Part shown: positions 38,416 through 51,480 of the stretch, piece by piece
Position numbering within the stretch: position 1 is the first letter of the stretch
Layout of the letters: the number at the start of each line of letters is the position of its first letter
Source of the DNA: Azolla caroliniana
Lineage: Eukaryota > Plantae > Polypodiophyta
Assembly (NCBI GenBank): GCA_043228905.1
Contig: JBHGNT010000010.1
Span: forward strand, 7,502,001 to 7,566,000
Reading direction: 5' to 3'
DNA: 64,000 nt
Position numbers and translations under genes: made by a program
The notes under the pieces: generated by a model
What the model was told of the DNA's origin: nothing
The model's database searches: none
Seen by the model: the letters and a program-made list of their open reading frames with translations, nothing else

Positions 38416-41400
38416 TTGTGATGAATGAATAGACACCTATTTATAGTCCTTATGGAGTATTCTAGAATGTTCTAGAATATTTATAATATTTAATATAATC
38501 ATGGAATATCCTAGGATGTTCTAGAATACTCTAAATATCTTGTAGTAACTAATAATACATTTATTATAACTATACATCATATATGTTATTATAATGGTTA
38601 AAGCTCTAACATATAGACCAAGATGTTTTAGGCTTGAATCCTTGTAAGACCAAAATGTATGTCTTCTTGACATTATCCCCCCTTTTCGACGACGAGTTCC
38701 ACGAGTCGGAAGACAAGATTTCGGACTAGGCTTATTTCGGATATTTGTTGTGAAACGCAACAACCATTTCGGAGGCATTAGCAAGATTCTCGAGAGGTTC
38801 CCATGTTCGATCATTAGGTGTATAACCTAACCAATCAACCAAATAATACAATTTTTTGCGAACGATCTTGGAGTTGAGAATGGCAGCAACTTCATATTCG
38901 GAGCCATCCGAAACTTCGATTAGAGGTGGGGGAGATGTAAGACAACCTAGAATAGAGCTAGTTGTGTACGGCTCCAAAAGTGAAACATGGAAGACGGGGT
39001 GAAGATGCATATGAGGGGGAAGATCAAGGCGAAATTCCACATCATTGATCTTACTAGATATCATATATGGACCAAAACATTGATAATCCAATTTGTAGCA
39101 AGGCCAGGTTGTTTTAATGCGACCTTGTAAAAGCCATACTCGATCTCCCACTTGAAATGTAGTCGATGAATCACGTCGATGAGGGTCGACAACCTTCTTT
39201 TGAGTGTTTTGAGCATCACATAAATGGTGCAAAAGGATATCTTGAACTTCTTAGAGTCGGGTGAGCCGATCTTCAGCAGCGGAGTTTGTTGGGAGTTCAG
39301 GATGTTCAAGCATAGTCCAAAAAGGATGGTACCCAATGTTTGCAAAAAATGGGGAATATCCAGTAGAAGAATGTTCTAAGTTGTTGTAAGCAAATTCCGC
39401 TAAATGTAATAGATCAACCCAATCATCTTGTTGATAGTTGACAAAACAACGAAGATATTGTTCTACTGTTTGGTTGGTGTGCTCACTCTGTCAGTTAGTT
39501 TCTAGATGGTAGCCGGAAGAGAGTTTGAACATGTGTCGTCAAAATTTTGAGATGAACTGGGGACCCCGATCACTGATAATATCATCAGTAAGACCATGAT
39601 GCCGAAACACCTCTCGCATGAGTAACTTGGTTGTCTCTTGGCTCGTAATGGCCTTTGCGTAGGGAAGAAAATGTGCCATCTTGGTAAAACGATCTACTAC
39701 CGTGAGAATAGAATCAAAGCCCTTGGAAGGTGGTAGATCCGTAATGAAGTCCAATGAAATAGATTTACATGGACTCTAAGGGATAGGCATTGGCTGTAAT
39801 AAGCCATATGGATGATGTCGAGGTTTTTTGGATCGACAACATGTATCACAACTACGAACATAATCCGTAACAAAATGGCGAAGTCATGGCCACCAATGCC
39901 TTCGAGAAATTAACGCCAAAGTCTTTTGGATGCCAAAATGTCCAACCATTGGTGTATCATGGCTTTGTTGCAAAACTTGGAGTCAAGAAGGACCATCAAG
40001 CACATATAAGAGATTTTGTCGAAAAAGTAAACCATCATGGTAATTGAATTGGTTGTAGTCTTGACGAGGATTTTGATATTGTGAACAAGAAGCACGATCT
40101 GGGATAATATGGTTCAGAATGTCTTGGGGGAATTCATCAGGCTCAATATGCTCCCGAATGGAGTCCTGAAGACTTGAATCCCCGGGTGTGTTTATAGCAT
40201 GAAATGCCATTAGTTGTAGACGGTCAAGAACCAAGAGGATTTTCTTCTGACTTTCAAATGCGGCCTCTCTTGATTGAAGTTCCATATACGAACGCCCTTG
40301 GCTGACAAACTAATCTTGGGTTCTTTTGTCGAGGTTTGAACTTCTGCCGCTTGTTGTTGCAATAGAGTAGTCTCCAATTGATGCACCCATTGAGATAATT
40401 CTTCATATTGTTGTACTTTCTCAGCTCTTACTTGTTGTAGGTCTCCCAAAAATCTTTGATTTTCATACTCTAGTGCCACGAATTTGGTTGTTAGCATGTC
40501 GATCTCGGATAGAACACGCATATATTCTTGCTTGCTCACGGACTCCATAGTTATGAGAGAAAATTACTAGATTTGCTTGAATAAGGTTAAGATAAGAAGA
40601 AGAAGTTGGAGAAGAAGAAAAGAGAGATATTCGGTTCAAATTGTCGTGACTTGAGAATAGGAGAGAGAAAGATAAGATGACAATTGAAGGTAGAGAGAGA
40701 GAGAGAAAGAGAGAGAAAGAACACTAGAAATGGAAAGAGAGTTTATATTATAAGAGAGCAAGGATTACAAAGAGTAGGCCAAGGGGCTACAAACTGGTGT
40801 TGAACCAAATGAGTTATGATGAATGAATAGACACCTATTTATAGTCCTTATGGAGTATTCTAGAATGTTCTAGAATATTTATAATATTTAATATAATCAT
40901 GGAATATCCTAGAATGTTCTAAAATACTCTAAATATCTTGTAATAACTAATAATACATTTATTATAACTATACATTATATATGTTATTATAATAGTTAAA
41001 GGTCTAACATATAGACGAATACGTCTTGGGCTCGAATCCTTGTAAGACCAAAATGTATGTCTTTATGACAGGTGAAAGTGTCTTGAACATCGACTCGAAT
41101 TTGAGCCTTAGGTCCTTCTATATATATATTTCTCCTAAATAAATTTTAGACTTTAAACATTTGTATAAAGAGGGGTATGTAAGACTATGTAAGACTTGGC
41201 ATGCAAGAATTAGTAGGCTTGATATTATAGTATGTAAGACTTGGCATGAGCATGCTTATCATGCATCACTACATATATAAAAAGGGTTGATCTTCCTTTT
41301 AACATCAAGGAGATCAACACCAGTCATGGAATAGATATTCTTACTCATTGTCATCAACTTCCCCATCTCTCTATCTCATCAACTTCCCCATCTCTCTATC

Positions 41401-42339
41401 TTATCAACTTCCCCATCTCTTTATCTTCCAATTGTTCATCCGTGATAGAAAGCATGTGAATAGAAACACTATTATAGCTAACATGTAGCTAAAATGACCA
41501 CAACTAGTTAGTTTTTTATATAGCTAATTTTTAGTGGAAAAATCTTAATTATACATATAATTTATTATGGGGACGGAAATATTACCATTTATTGTCCACA
41601 TTTTAGCTGGTTTTTATTTGAGATCACATTCTAATAATCCCTAAAATTTCCAAATATATACAAATTACATAGCTTTTTTCATAGCTAATTAGTTATGTCA
41701 ATGACACAACTAATTGTTCCCATTCCCATGCTTTCACACAATTATAGTCAAGTAAATTCGTTTGAATAATCAAGGCTCACCTTTAGAATCTACTCAACGT
41801 AAGGAAGCCATGTATAGTTAGAGAGCAAAGAAATATTGGTTCAACAACGATATACCAAGATAGTGATAGTAAGAAACCAAGAGAAGTTAAAGATATTCTT
41901 GATTTTCCTACATCATTTCTTGCACATCTTGAAAGAGCGCGGAAAGAAAAGGATTGACGTTTAGTGAAGGCATATGGTGTAGACGATGGTGGCACTTTTA
42001 CGAAATTTAGCCACACAAAAAATATCACCCGGGATTTATACTATAATGTCTATTGTGGTGATGTGGCTACGATGATACACATATTGCTAACGAAGGAATA
42101 CATATTATTGATTGTTGACATACCATATGGATTTTGTATGCGGCTCGGGTAAATTATTATAACTTTGTTTGCTATGCCTTTAAAAATCAATATAGTTATG
42201 TTTAGCTAAAACAATCTTCAACACAAAAATCAAGAGTTTGATTCTCAACAAGTTTGTATGGATCCATGGTAAATTAGTAGAAGTCAACATTCATTTTAAT
42301 CATGTTATCTCCCATGTGCATGTTTTGATTGGGATCTCG

Positions 42340-43260
42340 TTTAGTTTCAAGACAACGTGTTGATGGGAAAACAAGCCGATAATAAGACAATATTTACACG
42401 TATGTCGACCTTTCGCACTTGATTCGTAGAATATTAATGTTGAATATTGTGTTGAAGTGCTTTACTTCAAAGTGTTTAGTGTCTCTTATGGTGAATTTGG
42501 ATTGAATACATGACCTTTAGATATTGACGCTCTCCTAATTGAAGTATCCCCACAATGTGTTATTTATAACTATATTTCTACGAATTGTGGTTATGTACAT
42601 ACACTAATAAAGTGCATAAAACAAGTTGATATTAAGACTATGTTTACATGTATGTTAAGTTTATGCACTTGATTTGTTGAATTAGTGTTCAATATTATGT
42701 TTATATTATGTTACTTCAAAGTATTTAGTGTCTGTTGTAGTAAATGAGGCCTTCATACGTTCAATTTGAAGCTCTCCCAACTCGACTGCAATGTACATAC
42801 TAGTAAATGTGGTGATTTTAATACTATGTTCGTATGTATTTTGTTTGGGTACTTAAAACCTAGAATAATGTTTTAATAGTGTTATTGCGAGCATAAAACG
42901 ATAGTTATTATTTAGGTTTGGATGCCACGAGATTAAATGTCAGAACAACCCCACTTCAATCCATCTTCACCATGAAATAGATGTTCTCGTGTCTTGAAAT
43001 GAAGTGAAATTATTACCTAATTATTATTCCATTTCCATTCATGGTCAATTAGTTGAAGTTCCTTTCCTTTAAATCATATAAGACTATCCTTACATGTATG
43101 TTAACCTTGTGGACTTCATTTGTAGAATTAGTGTTTAATATTATGTCCAAATATATCACTTCAATATATTCAATGTCTCTTGCACAGAACCTCGATGGAA
43201 GACATGACCATTAGATCGTACGTGTCATGCTCTCCCAAATAAGGTATCCCCACAAAGATT
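42340..43260 (-). repeat. Decayed tandem array of tRNA-Phe-containing units (right half, ~3 copies)
   Basis: tRNA-Phe-like segments at ~42487-42553, 42736-42790 and 43181-43253, with the same flanking unit as 33150-34568. Confidence 0.75.
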
Positions 43261-44404
43261 TGATTCTAATATGTAAATCATCGATGTAACTCATACACAA
43301 ACTAAAATCATATGTATTGGTTATAAATGTAGAAAGACGACCACTATGTTCGTTTTTTTTTTCAAAACTCAATTCACCACAAGAGCCGACTCATACTAGG
43401 CAACATTGAAGGCCATCGCCTTAGATATAGGTAACTTCTTACATTAAGTTAGGCCGCAAGGCATTGTAAGTAGGCTGATCTTCTTTTACTTGATCGGAGG
43501 TAGACTCCCCGATGTGTGTATAAGTCTCCTTGTAGACTCTATATGTAATAATCCTTCCTAACTAATGGGAAAGTAGCTTCATTTTGGAAAAAAATAAAAT
43601 AAAATAAATCATATGTATTGGTTATAAATGTAGAAAGACGACCACTATGTTCGTTTTTTTTTTCAAAACTCAATTCACCATAGTTATGGTCTAGTTTTGG
43701 AACATTCAGGTTGTGAAGAAAGCCTCTTGAATCCATCTTCACCATGAAATAAACGTTGTTGTGAAGAAAACCGTCCACAAGCGGAATCGGTGCACTGGAG
43801 CGTAGGAACTGGCTCTTCATGCACGTGCGTCTTATGTAGTACATAAGAGAGAATTAGGTACATAGAAGATCCTAGGTAGGTAGATTCGGTAGGTAGGAAG
43901 TTAATGGGAAACGACTCCTTTCTTGCCTATAAAAGGAGGGAGACGAGGAGGGGGGAAGGATCGCGCGGAGAGAGGACGAAGTGCTGTCGGGTTGTGGACC
44001 GAAGGCTTCTCTCTCTTCCATACTCCGTAGCTTCTTTCTGTGTAGGGTTTCAGGGAGGCTCGCGCTGCTCTGAGGAATGCCCGAGTGCTTCCGGCAGCAC
44101 CTCCCACCTACTCCTTTCTTTCTGAGCGTTTACGAACAGGCATTGGCATCTGTTCGCCGGCCTTTTCGGTTGTAACCGCCTTCGTGCTTCTTGTTGTTTG
44201 TCTCTGTTAATATATACATACATACCTTCGTGTCTCTCTGTGTCGGTTTCCCGCTCGCGTCTTTGTGTCGAAGGGCCGTGTCCCTATGGATCTACGCTCG
44301 CACGTGGTGGGTCCCTTCCCTTCTCCTTTGTCTCTTGCTCTTCGGTACAAGACCCCCGAGGCCCCACCTCATTCCACGCATCCGCGAGGAATACCTCGAC
44401 ATCT

Positions 44405-44422
44405 TGGTGAACCCGACGTGAA
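44405..44422 (+). other. Primer-binding site complementary to tRNA-Trp 3' end
   Basis: TGGTGAACCCGACGTGAA, separated from the 5' LTR by 3 nt; complements ...TTCACGTCGGGTTCACCA of plant tRNA-Trp(CCA) as recalled. Confidence 0.8.
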
Positions 44423-44443
44423 AGAGGCGGCAGAAGAGCAGAA

Positions 44444-47400
44444 GATGAGGGGGTCGGATCTTGCAGAGGCCATGGCTTCGGCCGTGGATCGGATATTCAG
44501 CGCACACGAGGGCACCGGCGCCCTCGACAGAGCCATTGAGGCGGTCGTCGGTACGATCGGCCGGTTCAGCGGAAAGGATGCCACGAAGTATTTGGTGTCC
44601 TATGGGGCAGAAATGCTGATGCGGGACATTCCGGAAGAGAGGCGTCTTGCCGGATTCCCTCGAGTGGCGATACCGAGCATCCATGCGGAGGTGCTCGAGG
44701 TACGGGCGGAGAGCCGTACCTGGGAGGAGTTCGAAGGCCGACTCCTAGAAAAATACGGGCTGGACGACGCGCTCCGGCTTTCGAAACGGGACTTCATGGA
44801 ATGGGTGGAGCCCCCGGCAAGGGAAGAAACGCGTCGGCACTCCTCCGGGAGTTTGAAGAATGCTTTGCGCACCTTTCGGCGCTTGACCGAACCATTCTGG
44901 ATACGAGCCGGGTCCTACTGTTCGTCAAGTCGGTGGACGAGCGGGACCGGGATCAAGTCGGCTCCTTGCTGGAAACCGAAGACGGGCTGACGACTGACTG
45001 GGCTGCGGTTAAGAGAGTCTGTGGCCGTTTCGACAAACGGCGAGAATGGGCTGATAACGGGGTGGCCGGTGCGGGCTCTGTCACAGCAAGGAGGCTTGAA
45101 CCGGCACCGCAAGGGCGAAGGGCAGAAGCCCGGGAGTGGCTCGAAACCGGGTCGGCTCCGGCCGGCATGGTCAATGACTCGTCCGGAGGAGCAGCGCTGG
45201 AGGAGTTGACGCGGGCGATAAAGGATCTCCAGATCGCCCAGACTCGAAGGGAAGGCGGCGAACCGGCTCGTGACCGACGACCGGTAGCAGGGAACAGGTG
45301 CATGTGGTGCGACGAGGTTGGCCACATTCGGAAGGACTACGGCGATTTCGTAGAGGCGTTGAGGAACCGGGTGGTGTACCTATGGGAAGGCCGGGTGCAC
45401 GCCGGCGATACCAGAAGGGCCCTAAATCGGAACGACGGGCGAGGAGGTATGAAGAGACTGATGGAAGAGGCAGCGGCCTGACACGTGGAGGCCATCCACT
45501 ACTCGGCGTCGGCCGGTATTCGGGTCGGGGGCAGCAAGGCCTGAAAGGAGAGCAAAGACGGATTCTGGTCGGCAATGCTGGAAGGCCTCGCCGGCGCACG
45601 ACTGAGGAAAGATGAAGCGGACCGCGCTGAGAGACGGGTCCGGGAAATAACCGGGTGGAGCGACCCGGTCGAGGAGAAGACGGGCTTCGTAGAAGCCGCC
45701 TACCGGAACTACGAGGCTCTGGTAGAAGACAAATGAGTGGGGAAAGCCGGAGCGGCCGGGCCCTCACAATGATACGAGACCCGATTCGGGCAGTGACGGA
45801 ACGATGCCGGTGGGTCCAGCGCGCAAGATAACTCCAGGAAGGGCGGATACCGACTAGGGACGGAAATAGAAAGGACCACGGACCTACGAAAGGTCCTAGA
45901 AGAACGGATCCTCGACAACAAAGTGGAGCTGTCATTGCGGGAGGTGCTAGGGATCGCTAAGAAGGAGTTCCACGACTCCATTGTGGACTTGGTGAAGCTG
46001 AAGAGGCTGTCGACGGAGACGGAACCGGAAAGACCGGTGGAGGTGCGGACAACGCACATCGACGACTTGGCACTGGAAGATGAGTGGGCGGAGAGCCACT
46101 ATTCGAGGCCACACTGGGCCTGAGCGACCACGGAGACCCCGGTAAAGATCGGAGATGTTCAGGAACCGGTGGTAGCATTGGTGGACCACGGTTCGGAAAT
46201 AAACCTAATGTCCATGGACTTCTATAAGAAGGGAAAGTGGCCGATCAACACCAAGCACGGGTGGAAGATACGAGCGGCGACGCGCGCCACCGAGGAACTG
46301 CACGGGGCCTGCCCGAACGTGCGAGTCAAGATCGGCGACGTCGAGATTGACCAGCACTTCTTCGTACAGGAGACGTCCTCGCCCCCGCTCATATTAGGGG
46401 AACCATACATCACGGTGGCGCGAATGGAGACCAAGGTGCTGGACAACGGTTCGGCCTACGCGAGGGTCAAAAGCCAGGACGGGCGCCATTCGGTCCAATT
46501 TCTGACGGTGCGGCCGAACCACGAGCGAAACCGCGAATTCCTCGGTGGCGAGAACCGGGAGGATTTTTAGAGAGGGCTGCCAAGGCGTGGGGTCGAGGCA
46601 GTCCGGACACTCGGGAAAGACCCCACAGCTGTACGATAGAACCGAAACCGAAGAAACCCTGTACGATAAGTAAAAATTTTTGCTTCTCCAACAACGGAGG
46701 GTGTATGATAGTCGACATTGTTGGCCGAGAAAAGGGAAGGGCGGAGGAGCGACTTCGAGCGTGCGGAGTTCTCGGCCTGGACGAGGAAATCAGTGGAGCC
46801 CGGGCCCGGACGAGGAAATCAGTCATCGCGAACTTCAATCAAGGGCTCGGGTCGGATCGGACGACCCGGGTTAGCACGAAGTACAAGATGGTGGACCGGA
46901 AGGTAAGGCCAGTCGCGGCACCCTTACCGGAGGGCAGCGAGTCCCGAATCAGAGGGGTTGCGTCGGACCCCAGTTTACGAGATCCGGTCTGCATAGGACA
47001 CACCTTCACCGACGGGACGCTCCGGGAGCTCAAAATCGGTGGGGGCGGGTTCCTACTACCGGCGGAGGAAGACCGGTTTCGGAGAATGCTCGAAAGGCAC
47101 GGGAAAGCCTTCGCATTCTCACCGGAAGAGATCGGGTGCGTAGACCCGACAATCGTGGAGCCGATGGTGATATTCACGGTACCGCATGTGCCGTGGAATC
47201 TCAAGCCGATTCCAGTACCGAAAGCTCACATCCCGAAGTTGATGGAGCTATTGAGGCAGAAAGTCGATATGGGCATTCTCGAACCGTCGAGTGCCCCATA
47301 CTCGAACCGATGGTTTACCGTACCAAAGAAAAACAGAACATTGCGCTTCATTCAAGACCTGCAGCCGGTCAACAGAGTGACCATTCGGAACGCAGGAATC

Positions 47401-49911
47401 GGACCGACCATAGACGAGTTCGCGGAGGCCTTCGCCGGAAGGTCGATTTACTCGGTCAGTGATCTGTACTCGGGGTACGACCAGTTCCAGCTAGCCGTGG
47501 AGAGCAGAGACATTACGACGATGCGAACTCCCCTTGGCCTAGTGTGAATGTGTACCCTGCCACAAGGAGGGACCAACTCGGTGGCCCACATGGTGAATGC
47601 AATGAACAAAGTACTAAGGGATTGCATCCCGGACATCACCATGTTGTTTCTAGACGATATCCCGATAAAGGGGTGCCCAGTGGAAGAGAAAGACGAGACA
47701 CTCGGGCCGGACGGATGCCGGCGATTCGTGGCAACACATATCGACGACTGCGAAAGGGTGCTACAAAGGCTAGAGGGTGCGAGGCTCACCTTCTCCGGGG
47801 AGAAATCGGCCTTCGGGCAATCAGAAATCCTGGTGGTCAGACACCTATGTGGACCATATGGCCGGAAGCCGTCTCCGGCAAAGGTAGAAGCCATCTCCAC
47901 GATGAAGACCGACTGTAGCTCGGTTACGGAAGTTCGGAGGTTCCTGGGGGCGTGCGCATTCTACCACATATGGATCCCGCATTACGCCCACGTTGCGGAG
48001 CCGCTATACGGGTTGCTGAAGAAAGGGCGAAAATTCGAGTGGCGAGACGAGCACACGGAGTCGGTCCGGAAGCTGAAGGAAGCTCTTGCGGCAGCACCGG
48101 CGCTCCGGAAGGCTGTCTACGAGAAGGGTACCCCGGTATACGTAACGGTGGATACGAGTCCGACCGGTATCGGATGGGTCATCAACCATGAAGACGAGGA
48201 CGGCATTCAGTTCCCGATCCGATTCGGCGCGAAGGTCCTCAATGAGCGACAACGAGGGTATGCCCAGGTTAAACGCGAACTCTGGGGTATCGTTTCGGTA
48301 GTAAAGGCCGACAAAGACTACCTGATCGGGACAGAAGTGATTATCGAGACGGATTGCCTCCCAATTCTCGGCATGGTTTCCGGATGCGCGACACCGGACC
48401 TGGCGATGCTCAAGTGGATAACATACATCAAGTCCCTGGACCCAGAAATATGACACATTTCCGGAAAGGACGAAGAAGTCGGCGTGGACTTCTTCGAGGC
48501 AGCGTACGTGACGATCGATGGGACGAGCACTCCGGCGCTTAACGGCTTCGACGAGAGCAAGTACGACGGTGAGTGGCTCCAGATCGGTGGTTTCTTGAGG
48601 ACAATGACGCCGGATGCATCGTGGACGAGGGACGAGGCCAACCGGATCCGGAAGAAAGCATACCGATTCTTTCTCCGGGACGAATACTTATGGAAGCACC
48701 CGAAGAAGAGGAACGACGTCCCGCTCCGGGTGGTGGCGATGAAGGAAGAACAGGAGGAGCTGCTGACGGCCTACCACGACAACCCTTGGGCTGGACACCG
48801 TGGAACGTGGGCCACGTTCGAGAAGATAAAGGGGAAGTACTGGTGGCCGGGACTGTATCGGGACGTGCATCGGTTCGTGACAACTTGCGAGAGCTGTCAG
48901 ATGCACTCCATAGTCCGACATCGGGATGAGCTTCACCCTACGTACCCTCCGACCATCCACTTCAAATGGATGGTAGATCTGGTGACGATGCCAATGGGAG
49001 TAGGACAGATGCGGTACCTGGTCCTGGCTCGGGAAGGTCTGACGAACCAGGTGGAAGGCCAAGCCCTTTAGAACAAAACGACCGCGGCCGTATGTCGGTT
49101 CCTGATCGAGGACGTGATATACCGGTACGGGTGCGTCGGGAAGATCGTGGCTGATCGCGGGGAGTTGGACGCCGAAGAGGCCGAGGAGCTGTTCGACCGG
49201 CTAGGAGTCAAGCTCTCGCTTACCACTGCGTACAATCCGGAGGCGAATGGGAAGGTGGAGCACGGACACGGACCGATCGTCAAGGCGTTAGTACGGGCAT
49301 GCGGAGGTCAAGTCGGGAACTGGCCGCGACTGTTGCCTTACGCGTTGTGGGCGGACCGAACTACGCACAGTTCGGTAACCGGATTCATGCCGGCAGAGCT
49401 CATGTTTGGGCAGAAGCCGATCATGCCGATGGAACGTACGATCTCCTCATGGGCAACCGTGGACTGGAAAGACGAGATGAGCCGGGAGGAACTGTTGGCG
49501 GCGCGCATACGACAGCTCGAGCGAAGACTGGAGGACGTGGAACAGGCTGCGGGAAAGCTTCGGGTGGCAAGGACGAGGAACAAAGCCCAGTTCGACCGAA
49601 CGCACCGGCTCCAACCAAAGAAGATCGAGGAAGGCGACTGGGTGCTAGTCTACGACAGCAGCCTCGACAACCAGCACCGAGCGACACGGAAGTTCGCAAG
49701 GAGGTGGTTCGGGCCTTATGTGGTACAAAGCGCCAACGACAACGGGACGTACCATCTGGCGGAGCTCGACGGCACGAGAATGGCGATACCGGTAGCTGGG
49801 AAGCGGATCAAAGCGTTCAAGAAGCGTCACGACAACGAGCCGGATCCGGTTAACCTGGACCACGACGACGAACGATCCGAAACCGAAGAAGAACCGACGG
49901 GCGGGGAATGA
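44444..49911 (+). pseudogene. gag-pol of Gypsy element 43757-50629
   Basis: ORF chain 44444-45481, 45923-46570, 46705-47547, 47548-48453, 48484-49071 and 49114-49911, broken mostly by single-base stop codons. Confidence 0.9.
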
Positions 49912-50899
49912 AGGCTGGACCGGTTTTCTCCGTCCCAACTCAATTTGGCGCATGCCGGTGGATGCACGGTTAGGTGGGGGCGGATGTCGTGAAGAAAACC
50001 GTCCACAAGCGGAATCGGTGCACCGGAGCGTAGGAATCGGCTCTTCATGCACGTGCGTCTTATGTAGTACATAAGAGAGAATTAGGTACATAGAAGATCC
50101 TAGGTAGGTAGATTCGGTAGGTAGGAAGTTAATGGGAAACGGCTCCTTTCTTGCCTATAAAAGGAGGGAGACGAGGAGGGGGGAAGGATCATGCGGAGAG
50201 AGGACGAAGTGCTGTCGGGTTGTGGACCAAAGGCTTCTCTCTCTTCCATACTCCGTAGCTTCTTTCTGTTCAGGGTTTCGGGGAGGCTCACGCTGCTCTG
50301 AGGAATGCCCGAGTGCTTCCGGCAGCACCTCCCACCTACTCCTTTCTTTCTAAGCGTTTACGAACAGGCATTGGCATCTGTTCGCCGGCCTTTTCGGTTG
50401 TAATCGCCTTCGTGCTTCTTGTTGTTTGTCTATGTTAATATATATATACATACCTTCGTGTCTCTCTGTGTCGGTTTCCCGCTCGCGTCTTTGTGTCGAA
50501 GGGCCGCGTCCCTGTGGATCTACGCTCGCATGTGGTGGGTCCCTTCCCTTCTCCTTTGTCTCTTGCTCTTCGGTACAAGACCCCCGAGGCCCCGCCTCAT
50601 TCCACGCATCCGTGAGGAATACCTCGACAACGTTATCGTGTGTTGGAATTTGCTCTAAAACTTATGCACTTTGTGATAGAGTGCATATCTCCAAGTGCCA
50701 TGACTTGCACTCTCATAGAAGTTACACATCCTCCTACTTACTCGAAAACTTATGCATTCGTGGCAAGGTGCGTATCTTTGAGTGCCATCCCTTGCACTCT
50801 CACAAGACGTTGATCTCATCTTTAAAACACATGACATATTTTGATCATATCTTAAAGTTGTGAAAAATTTGGGCAATGAGACAACTGTCTCTCACAGAA

Positions 50900-51480
50900 C
50901 TGTAGGGGTATTTTGGTAAATAAGATAACGCAAGGGGGGTATTTTGACAATTCACCCTAATATATGCAATGTTAAGTTTCAAGCAGGAAAAGAAAAAGGC
51001 CAAGAATTTGGGATGATGGTTTCTTTTCATGGTGAATCGGCTATGAGATTGGTCTGCATACATTGGTTGTTGGTTGTAGATTCCACTTATGGAGAAGGAA
51101 TTTGGGCAATGGATTGTAGGGGTATTTTGGTAAATAAAAATCGGCTATGAGATTGGTCTGCATACATTGGTTGTAGATTCTACTTATGGAGAAGGAATTT
51201 GGGCAATGAATTGTAGGGGTATTTTGGTAAATAAAAATCGGCTATGAGATTGGCCTGCATACATTGGTTGCAGATTCTACTTATGGAGAATGAATTTGGG
51301 CAATTATTTGTAGGGGTATTTTGGTAAATAAGAAAAAGCAGGGGGGGCTATTTTGACAATTCACCCTAATATATGCAATGTTAAGTCTCAAGCAGGAGAA
51401 GAAAAAGGCCAAGAATTTGGGATGATGGTTTCTTTTCATGGTGAATCGGTTATGAGATTGGCCTGCATACCTTGATTGCA
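50900..51480. repeat. Nested tandem duplications upstream of ATAT1 (~90-bp units inside a ~410-bp period)
   Basis: aatcggctatgagattggtctgcatacattggttg x4; tgtaggggtattttggtaaataa x4; 50940-51060 repeated at 51349-51470. Confidence 0.85.

Larger units (their letters stand above)
37485..41070 (-). mobile_element. Chromoviral Ty3/Gypsy (Tcn1-like) deletion derivative: partial gag, integrase and chromodomain; lacks PR/RT/RH
   Basis: LTRs 37485-38672 (interrupted) and 40642-41070, perfect TSD GGTGA. PPT aaaaggggggataa. SLDFITDLP, ISDRGPQF, GPY, HPVFHVSLL, chromodomain EYEVAAIL...YLVDWLGY...TWEP. Confidence 0.93.
43757..50629 (+). mobile_element. Full-length GC-rich Ty3/Gypsy LTR retrotransposon (tRNA-Trp primed, 4-bp TSD), pseudogenised
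   Basis: 645-bp LTRs 43757-44401 and 49985-50629, TSD ACGT. PBS 44405-44422, purine tract 49971-49984. Gag (CMWCDEVGHIRKD), PR (LVDHGSEIN), RT (QDLQPVN, LPQG, FLDD), RH (VTVDTS), INT (ADRGEL, YNPEANGKVE, WFGPY). Confidence 0.95.

Noticed and set aside
38049-38432. ORFs with 18-aa repeats
   Set aside because: Artefact of a 54-bp tandem repeat in an LTR being open in several frames.
33150-43260. CRISPR-like repeat/spacer organisation or functional tRNA genes
   Set aside because: Inter-tRNA sequences are homologous to each other, and every tRNA copy has broken stems or deletions.
44292-50091. Many long antisense ORFs in the GC-rich Gypsy
   Set aside because: Expected from high GC and codon structure of the sense gag-pol; no motifs.
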